NCBI GenBank assembly: GCA_032718475.1 | Contig: JAUCBJ010000136.1 | Coordinates: 1-54,783, forward strand | DNA length: 54,783 bases | DNA from: Nemertoderma westbladi | Lineage: Eukaryota > Animalia > Xenacoelomorpha | Reading direction: 5' to 3' | Shown: in pieces, positions 45,231 through 54,783 of the stretch | Position numbering within the stretch: position 1 is the stretch's first letter | Layout of the letters: every line of letters begins with the position of its first letter | Translations under genes and position numbers: made by a program | Notes under the pieces: model-generated | Database searches by the model: none | Told to the model about the DNA's origin: nothing | What the model saw: the letters and a program-made list of their open reading frames with translations, nothing else

Positions 45231-48021
45231 CTGTTGTGCTTGTCATTTGATTTGCACAATATATTCCGGAGATACCGTAAACAGGCACATGACATTAGTG
45301 AAGGTAAAGTGAAAGCCTTGAAGACAATCTACTTGAATGGAGGAGGTATAAGGTTGAAAGGAAGCTTTGAAAACAATTGGCAAAGAAGCCTCTTTATGAG
45401 ACAGGAAATTACTTCCTTTAAAAGCGAATTCCTTCCAGATGCCATCTTCGTTTTAATTGAAGAAATCAAAAGCTTCTTGTGGGCAGTTGCGGCCTTATAG
45501 TTCCTTTAATTAAAAAGATCTGTTACCCTTGAGGGGCAATTTTTTGTCACCGGAACCGAACATATTAAATCAATAATACTCAATCGGAGGCTAATGGTCA
45601 GATGGGGAACTTCTCACCACCTCACTGAATGCACACCGAGGCATCTAAGACAATTGCATCACTCATACGCACATGGTATCACTCACTGCCTTACTGCTTT
45701 ACACCATAACTGCGGGGCATATGCTTCCTATTTTATCATTCCTCCAATCTCTGTCCAATCAATCTTAGTCTCATGGTTCTATGGAAATCTAGGTGATTAA
45801 CGTATTCAAAACAATTTTATATTTTTCCTATTTCTCTCCTACTTCGCAATTTGGAACACATGCTCGCCACGTTTTCGATAATGTTAGTAAAACTGTATTT
45901 TAGTTATATATCTCAAATGTGACTAGGTATGTTGGTGATCATAATATCCGGGGGGGCAGAGGCCAAATCTGGGGGGGGGGGGGGCAAACCCTTAACTGGG
46001 TTTTTGGGTGGGATACAGCGAAGTGAGAGTTAATTTAGTACATAAAGTAAACTCAATATTGTTGAAGAGCGTGTGGGGCGAGCCACGAAGTTGGCGGAGC
46101 CTTGGCGAACTGACACTGTTAAGGAGTATGTCAATAATGGCAAATAGTTGTTGACGTAACAATTTCATTAACGTAACATTCAAATAACTTTGTCAGATTT
46201 AAAGCTGTCGAATTGAAAATTTGTAGGCATAAATATGTCCAAAACTTGACATTATTTAGCGACTTTTTACATCAACAGTTCAGCAGTCTCCCGCTAGATT
46301 GCTACATGTCTAAGCAATAAATGTCCTCCCATTTCTTTGCTTTTAATCCGTTTCAGCGGAAACTTGGCAGAATTGTACTAGACCATTTGCTGTGTCATTT
46401 AATCTTTTTCTGAGGTCTTAAATCGACTGCAGTTTTCCAGACTGCCTCTAGGTGTAAAGTGATCAAGGGACATCTTCTTAGATTTTGCTTAAATTTCTTT
46501 CGCGTTGACATTTACATAATTTATGTCACGTGCTGCGCGAAGGACCCACTTCAGGTATAATATGGTTAAGGTTAAGTTACAACAAATTATATATATGGAT
46601 ACAGTACCAGCGCAAGCAACCCTCAACACCTAGACTTTTAGCTGCAAGCTGGCTCCCAAATTACAGACAAATAGACAATGGGTCAACAACAAACAACCCA
46701 TGGTAGCCAATGAGAGAACCTGGAGCTTTCTGGTATTTTTAGTAATTACAGGTAGGTAGCTTATTAATGTCATGTAGTATTATATAATTGGACCAAAATG
46801 GGATGGTGGGGAGTCCGGTTAGTGTGTAAAAGTGTGTATCCTATTATAAGTGTATCAATATGTATCCAATAATATTGTTCACTGGGGTCAACAACAACAA
46901 TATTATTATTAATTAATTGTGAACAAGACGAATGAACAAGACATGTCTGGGGGGCAGTGGGACTTGTCTGGTGGGGCAGTGCCCCCAAAGCCCCCCCCCC
47001 CCCCCCCCGCACGATACGGGCCTGGAGGGTAATGGAGGGTAATTTTCGATCCATTCAAATACACATTTAATCTGAATCATTTCATACGTGGCTTATACTG
47101 TACAATATCAATTGAAAACGAAGAGTCTTTGGCGTCTTTTGACACTACATTTAATTAAATTCATGGATGAACAATCGTTAATGAACATGATGAACTTTGA
47201 TAAAATGCTGTTCACAATTGTAAACTCGGCAGATTGCCTGACCTTTATGCAAGCACTCAGCTTATTGCATTCGCAGTATTGCAGCTTACTCCATTAAGTA
47301 GGGTAAACATACCGACCGCTCTTACTCGATTCATGGCTCCTTGTTACCACTTATTCAATTGTTTCAATTCAAACTAGCCCAACAATTTTTTCTCGCACCG
47401 GCACCAACCTTGTTGCGCCACCTGTTTTAAAAAACTTTGCAGCCCCCAACCCCAAATAATGAAACAACAAAGTTATTCAGCTTAAAGTAATGGAAGTTTC
47501 CATCTTTATTATATCTTAGTTGCGGAGTCTGCATGTGCCATCTGTCGCCTATGCTAGCCTACCGGTACAGATATACTTTATTCATAATTATACACGAATG
47601 GTATACTGATTAGTTTGTTTGTCAAGCTATATATTTCATGGGAATAATTATTCTTCTAAACGAATCAATTCCAATTGTCTAATTTATTTGCCTCAATCTC
47701 CAAACCCAGAGCCGCAGCCGGCGCACCTGTTATTCCTATATGTAAATTAGTAAATATATGAAACGGATAGTTATTAGCTTAACTCACTCATCCACCCCAA
47801 ATCGCCCCACTTCAATTGCACTGATGATAAACTCTTTCGCAAATAGTTATCTTACAGGCGGTACCTTAAAGCGGTCCCTTTCGGTCTATAGAGTACTATC
47901 GTCGTTCCCCCAGATAGGGCAAAATTACAGTGGAATCTATGTGGGGGGAGCGATGTAGGTATATGAGCTTATTGTGAAATATAATTTGCGTGGGGGGACT
48001 CAGCAATTCTCCATTGGAACC

Positions 48022-51000
48022 TACCGGTTCCATGGTTCCGCTCTGTGACGAACTACCTGTTCAATGGTTCCGGTCTGTGACGAACTACCGGCTCAATGGT
48101 TCCGCTCTGCGACGAACTACCGCTACCGGTTCAATGGTTCCTCTCTGTGACGAACTACCGGTTCCATTGTTCCGCTCTGTGACGAACTACCTGTTCAATG
48201 GTTCCGCTCTGTGACGAACTACCGGTTCCATTGTTCCGCTCTGTGACGAACTACCGGTTCCATTGTTCCGCTCTGTGACGAACTACCTGTTCAATGGTTC
48301 CGCTCTGTGACGAACTACCGGTTCCATTGTTCCGCTCTGTGACGAACTACCGGTTCCATTGTTCCGCTCTGTGACGAACTACCTGTTCAATGGTTCCGGT
48401 CTGTGACGAACTACCGGCTCAATGGTTCCGCTCTGCGACGAACTACCGCTACCGGTTCAATGGTTCCTCTCTGTGACGAACTACCGGTTCCATTGTTCCG
48501 CTCTGTGACGAACTACCTGTTCAATGGTTCCGCTCTGTGACGAACTACCGGTTCCATTGTTCCGCTCTGTGACGAACTACCGGTTCCATTGTTCCGCTCT
48601 GTGACGAACTACCTGTTCAATGGTTCCGGTCTGTGACGAACTACCGGTTCAATGGTTCCGCTCTTTGACGAACTACCGGTTCCATGGTTCCGCTCTGTGA
48701 CGAACTACCGGTTCAATGGTTCTGCTATGTGACGAACTACCGGTTCAATGGTTCTGCTCATTTGAGGAACTACCGCTACCGGTTCAATGGTTCTGCTCTG
48801 TGACGAACTACCGGTTCAATGGTTCCGCTCTGTGATGAACTACCGGTTCAATGGTTCTGCTCTGTGACGAACTACCTGTTCCATTGTTCCGCTCTGTGAC
48901 GAACTACCGGTTCAATGGTTCCGCTCTGTGACGAACTACCGGTTCAATGGTTCTGCTCTGTGACGAACTACCGGTTCCATTGTTCCGCTCTGTGGCGAAC
49001 TACCGGCTCAATGGTTCCTCTCTGTGACGAACTACCGGTTCAATGGTTCCGCTCTATGACGAACTACCGGTTCAATGGTTCCGCTCTGTGACGAACTAAC
49101 GGTTCAATGGTTCTGCTCTGTGACGAACTACCGGTTCCATTGTCCCGCTCTGTGACGAACTACCGCTTCAATGGTTCCGCTCTGTGACGAACTACCGGTT
49201 CAATGGTTCTGCTCTGTGACGAACTACCGGTTCAATGGTTCCGCTCTGTGACGAACTACCGGTTCCATTGTTCCGCTCTGTGACGAACTACCGGTTCAAT
49301 GGTTCCGCTCTTTGACGAACTACCGGTTCCATTGTTCCGCTCTGTGACGAACTACCGGTTCAATGGTTCTGTTCTGTGACGAACTACCGGTTCAATGGTT
49401 CTGCTCTGTGACGAACTACCGCTTCCATGGTTCCGCTATGTGACGAACTACCGGTTCCATGGTTCTGCTATGTGACGAACTACCGGTTCAATGGTTCCGC
49501 TCTGTGAAGAACTACCGGTTCAATGGTTCTGCTCTGTGACGAACTACCGGTTCATTGGTTCTGCTCTGTCACGAACTACCTGTTCAATGGTTCTGCTCTG
49601 TGACGAACTACCGGTTCAATGGTTCCGCTCTTTGACGAACTACCGGTTCAATGGTTCTGCTCTGTGACGAACTACCTGTTCAATGGTTCCGCTCTGTGAC
49701 GAACTACCTTTTCAATGGTTCCGCTCTGTGACGAACTACCGGTTGATTGGTTCTACTCTGTGACGAACTAAGGGTTCAATGGTTCTGCTCTGTGACGAAC
49801 TACCGGTTCCATGGTTCCGCTATGTGACGAACACCGGTTCCATGGTTCTGCTATGTGACGAACTACCGGTTCAATGGTTCCGCTCTTTGACGAACTACCG
49901 GTTCAATGGTTCCGCTATGTGACGAACTACCGGTTCCATGGTTCTGCTATGTGACGAACTACCGGTTCAATGGTTCCGCTCTGTGACGAACTACCGGTTC
50001 CATGGTTCTGCTATGTGACGAACTACCGGCTCAATGGTTCCGCTCTTTGACGAACTACCGGTTCAATGGTTCCGCTCTGTGACGAACTACCGGTTCCATG
50101 GTTCCGCTATGTGACGAACTACCGGTTCAATGGTTCTGCTCTGTGACGAACTACCGGTTCAACGGTTCCGCTCTTTGACGAACTACCGGTTCCATGGTTC
50201 CGCTCTGTGACGAAATACCGGTTCAATGGTTCCGCTCTGTGACGAACTACCGGTTCCATGGTTCCGCTCTGTGATGAACTACCGGTTCAATGGTTCTGCT
50301 CATTTGACAAACTACCGCTACCGGTTCAATAGATCCGCTCTGTGACGAACTACCTGTTCAATGGTTCCGCTCTTTGACGAACTACCTGTTCAATGGTTCC
50401 GCTCTGTGACGAACTACCGGTCCAATGGTTCTGCTCTGTGACGAACTACCGGTTCAATGGTTCTGCTATGTGACGAACAACCGGTTCAATGGTTCTGCTA
50501 TGTGACGAACTACCGGTTCAATGGTTCTGCTCTGTGACGAACTACCTGTTCAATGGTTCTGCTCTGTGACGAACTACCGGTTCCATGGTTCCGCTCTGTG
50601 ACGAACTACCGGTTCAATGGTTCTGCTATGTGACGAACTACCGGTATAATGGTTCTGCTATATGACGAACTACCGGTTCAATGGTTCTGCTCTGTGACGA
50701 ACTACCGGTTCAATGGTTCTGCTCTGTGACGAACTACCGGTTCAACGGTTCCGCTCTTTGACGAACTACCGGTTCAATGGTTCCGCTCTGTGACGAACAA
50801 CCGGTCCAATGGTTCCGATCTGTGACGAACTACCGGTTCCATGGTTCCGCTCTGTGACGAACTACCGGTTCAATGGTTCCGCTCTGTGACGAACTACCGG
50901 TTCAATGGTTCCGCTCTGTGACGAACTACCGGTTCCATGGTTCTGCTCTGTGACGAACTACCGGTTCCATGGTTCCGCTCTGTGACGAAATACCGGTTCA

Positions 51001-51785
51001 ATGGTTCTGCTCTGTGACGAACTACCGGTTCAATCGTTCTGCTCTGTGACGAACTACCGGTTCCATGGTTCCGCTCTGTGACGAACTACCGGTTCAATGG
51101 TTCTGCTCTGTGACGAACTACCGGTTCAATGGTTCTGCTCTGTGACGAACTACCGGTTCCATGGTACCGCTCTGTGACGAACTACCTGTTCAATGGTTCC
51201 GCTCTGTGACGAACTACCGGTCCCATGGTTCCGCTCTGTGACGAACTACCGGTTCAATGGTTCTGCTCTGTGACGAACTACCGGTTCAATGGTTCTGCTC
51301 TGTGACGAACTACCGGTTCAATGGTTCTGCTCTGTGACGAACTACCGGTTCAATTGTTCCGCCCTGTGACGAACTACCGGTTCAATGGTTCCGCTCTTTG
51401 ACGAACTACCGGTTCAATGGTTCTGCTCTGTGACGAACTACCGGTTCAATGGTTCTGCTATGTGACGAACTACCGGTTCAATGGTTCCGCTCTGTGACGA
51501 ACTACCGGTTCCATGGTTCCGCTCTGTGACGAACTACCGGTTCAATGGTTCCGCTATATGACGAACTACCGGTTCAATGGTTCCGCTCTGTGACGAACTA
51601 CCGGTTCAATGGTTCCGCTCTGTGACGAACTACCGGTTCAATGGTTCTGCTATGTGACGAACTACTGGTTCCATGGTTCCGCTCTGTGACGAAATACCGG
51701 TTCAATGGTTCTGCTCTGTGACGAACTACCTGTTCAATGGTTCTGCTTTGTGTCGAACTACCGGTTCAATAATTCCGCCCTGTGA
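48022..51785 (+). repeat. 32-bp tandem satellite, ~117 copies (ACCGGTTCAATGGTTCCGCTCTGTGACGAACT)
   Basis: Continuous 32-bp period over ~3.76 kb with point variants and occasional CTACCG insertions. Confidence 0.98.
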
Positions 51786-53400
51786 TGCTTCTACGGCGAC
51801 TCGTGCTGCCCCAAGAGACATGAACATATACAGTATTTTAGCTGTATTGGTAAAATATATGTACATCTACAGTTAGTGATACAGCAGTTTTTTCAATGGT
51901 AGTATCTATTAGAAATAAAACGCCAACTTCACCGATTCCCATTAAGCTCAATTAAAAAGGTGGATGGATGAAAGTCAGGTAGAATCAGGATCCACGTTTA
52001 CACCCATTTAGATATCGTACGTAATTAGGACAGCCTAAGGGGAAGTGGGCCTCGTTCATTGTTAACGGGCTCCATTCGCCATTGTTCCTGCACAGCTGAT
52101 CTGAATGAACCATCTCTACAGAAGGAATAAATAGTCCTCATTAAATAAATTATTTACAGCCAATAAAAAATTAATAGGCCATTATGATACCCAACTTATC
52201 TAATTGAGATTATCTGAACATCGTCACGGAGATATTCGCGGAGCCTTGCATTGGCGCCGTTACCGGCAAGGCATGCCAGAATAAAAATATTCGTCGTATA
52301 TAGTCGGAAATTGAAAGTCAGAAAACGGAAGTCAGAAAATAATGAAGTGAGAAAAAGTAAAGGGCATTCAGGACAGATAGTAATTGTAAATCAGAAAAAG
52401 GAGTGAAGTCAGAACTGCGATGAGGTCAAAAAACGGTAGCAACAAAGTTTTCGAACTGACAACTCTTGGGGAGTTACAGCCATGAATGATGGCACATGGG
52501 ATGACACTAATCCTCTCGATGGAGCCCACCATTCCCATTTAACAATGATAAGAGGCACCTCAGACTCTCCCACCAATACTAATAATTAATAAGGTTCTAA
52601 AGAAATTTTGTTAAATTTATTAGATTAGAACCTCATGATTTAGGGTTGGGCGTTGGGTTCTGACTAACTAACCATAACCAAAAAAATAAACCAATAAATC
52701 AAAGTTACAGTGCTGTACGGATTGCTAGGCTACTACAATATTATTACTATACTGTGAGTGTATGTATAGCGAGGGGGACATTCCGCGCGGGCGCGGGGGG
52801 GGGGGGGCATATTCGTCTAGGACACCGGCAGGTGAAATGCCAATTATACCAGTTGCTCTATTGTATGTAGCACTGTAGTTAATTTACTATCAGTATTGCC
52901 TTAGTGCCTTATTACAAATACTGTAGTCCGCCCTAGGCTGTTGGATTGCAATTGTACCGGTGCAGTAGCTGTAGGCAAAAAGGTTGGCTATATTGAAGGA
53001 AATAATTTACTCTTACAACACTACACAACATTACAACAATTAAGGATATTATCGTTATTAATATTATTTATAAATTTTCAATTAATTTAATTAATTAATA
53101 TATTAATAAATTTATATCGTTATGATTAATTTATTTTTAATTTAACGAAACAAAACGAAAAGTTGAAGGAAACGAAACACTTTTTATTTCGTTTTTCGTT
53201 TCGTTTAACAGTTTTTCGTTACATTATTTCTTCGTTTCATTATTATTGCCTAATATGCATCGTTTCGTTTCGTATCGTTTTCGTTTCGTTATGCCATCCC
53301 TGGAAGTAAGTACTGTACGCAAAAAACTGAACATGGGACATCATCACATTATATAAAATTAGATTCTATAAATAATATTAAGCAGAAACGTAAAACATTA

Positions 53401-53710
53401 AGGCCCGTTCACATCCAACGGAACGGTACACCGCGCGGTGTACCGCAGGGCCAGCGGTACACCGCTGACTGTGAACGACCCAACAGGTAGTTGTGCGCTA
53501 AACCGCGCGGTTTACCGCAGCCCATTTAAACAATGTTAAAACAATTAATGTATTTTCCTGTTGAATTCACAGTACATATAGACAATCAGTTACCGCAACG
53601 GTACTGTTGGGTGTGAACGGGCACCGGATAGTAGTGTACCGCTGGCTTACCGCTTCAATACCGCCAGACTACTTTACCGCTCAATAGCACCGTTGGATGT
53701 GAACGGGGCT
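53401..53710. mobile_element. PIF/Harbinger-type MITE, TTA TSD
   Basis: TTA|AGGCCCGTTCACATCCAACGG ... CCGTTGGATGTGAACGGGGCT|TTA. Confidence 0.85.
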
Positions 53711-53714
53711 TTAA

Positions 53715-53875
53715 GGGTGTAACTCTTACGCCGACAACCGATAACCAAAGCCGGCAACCATTATTAAAGATAATTAAAGCTAATTATCAATTAAGGGAAT
53801 AAAAGACAAGATCACAGTTTACAGTGCCATTTTTGTCATTGTCGGCTGTCAATTGTTGGCGTGGCGATTCCACCC
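53715..53875. mobile_element. Possible older short MITE adjacent to the previous one
   Basis: GGGTGTAACTCTTACGCCGACAAC vs reverse complement GGGTGGAATCGCCACGCCAACAAT; degenerate, TSD not conserved. Confidence 0.4.
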
Positions 53876-54783
53876 TACCATTAATACAAATAAATACTGT
53901 AGCCCCAATTGTGTTACCAATTTCATCAGATGGCAGGTAAATCCGCACTGCCCAACAATCGACAAAAGTGGACCACTAATTACAATTTATTGTTATGGAA
54001 ATATTTATTATTTGAACTCCCTAGGAACTATGGTAGAGTGCAGAACGAACCAACGATATCTTTCCTGCTTTTAATAAACGTTATTGCGAAGATTAATCCG
54101 AGCGCCGAATCGAGTCGCAATGTCTTGCTATCATGCATTTATTATTAATTCAGTAATTACACACTGTATGCCGCCATTCAAATGTAGGTAAATTACATTT
54201 AGCGGAAATTGTTGTCGTGTTAAATAGTCGGGAGGAACATGGGGGTGCAGCATAATCAAATGTAATAGATTGAGGTATTGTTCCCTGTCCCAGTCCCAAT
54301 GGGTGGGATGAGCTTGTTGGACTTAACGATCGATATTTATGAGTGAATTCAACGCAATTACTAGCAAGTTTCGCTTGATAATGTTAAAACATTCTTGACC
54401 GTCATCATTGTCAAACATTTGTGATGTTTAATCGTTTTGTCACAAAGTGTAAACTGTATCTATTATTAATTAATTATTGTAATATAATGTCCTCATACTA
54501 TAATATATATTTGAGTGTGTATTCATGATTTCCATTAAATTTATTGTGTAATTATCATGTAGACGACAGGGGGAAAATTGACGCAAATCACATCTCTAAT
54601 ATTTCGCCTCAATGGTAAATTATCAATTAAGGGAAAGGAGCTCGTTACAGTGGCATCACGTTATTCTTCTCGCCAAAATAATAAACTATAGTCAACAGCC
54701 GATTACTCTCAAAAATAAAACCGTAACCTGTTCTATTGTGTTTTGTTTATTGTGTTGGTTAAAATGACGAGCCACTGTGACCT

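Noticed and set aside
26133-51785. The 41-bp and two 32-bp arrays as CRISPR arrays
   Set aside because: Units are directly adjacent with no unique spacers, there are no cas genes, and the context is eukaryotic.
31378-54148. Numerous 60-120 aa ORFs in the right half of the window
   Set aside because: No recognisable motifs, many non-ATG starts, and most overlap repeats or MITEs. Small exons of a spliced gene cannot be excluded without RNA data.

Overview
AT-rich, repeat-dense eukaryotic (probably invertebrate animal) genomic DNA. Left to right: (1) an intact two-ORF non-LTR retrotransposon whose ORF2 carries an in-frame Pro-rich 30-bp minisatellite between the endonuclease and RT domains; (2) a decayed RTE-type LINE; (3) a ~16-kb endogenous Polinton/Maverick (adintovirus-like) element. 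Its rightward block encodes packaging ATPase, pX-like protein, integrase, two minor capsid paralogs, core-like protein, major capsid, adenain protease and a DnaQ/Maelstrom-like ORF. Its leftward block encodes a PC4-like protein, a protein-primed PolB and a TBP (TATA-binding protein)-like gene whose second half lies beyond an in-frame stop missed by the ORF track; (4) a Penelope-like RT fragment; (5) an intronless COP9 signalosome subunit 1 (CSN1/GPS1) gene; (6) ~25 kb of MITEs, satellites (41, 32, 20 and 32 bp), a SINE remnant and a non-autonomous Helitron carrying a ~146-bp array with a CTCF-like motif in most units. The most notable signal is the Polinton's apparent transcription/silencing module (TBP-like + PC4-like + Maelstrom-like). 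Several Polinton genes carry stops or frameshifts and no left terminal repeat was found, so this copy is probably decaying. All family assignments come from motif recognition by eye; no database searches were run.
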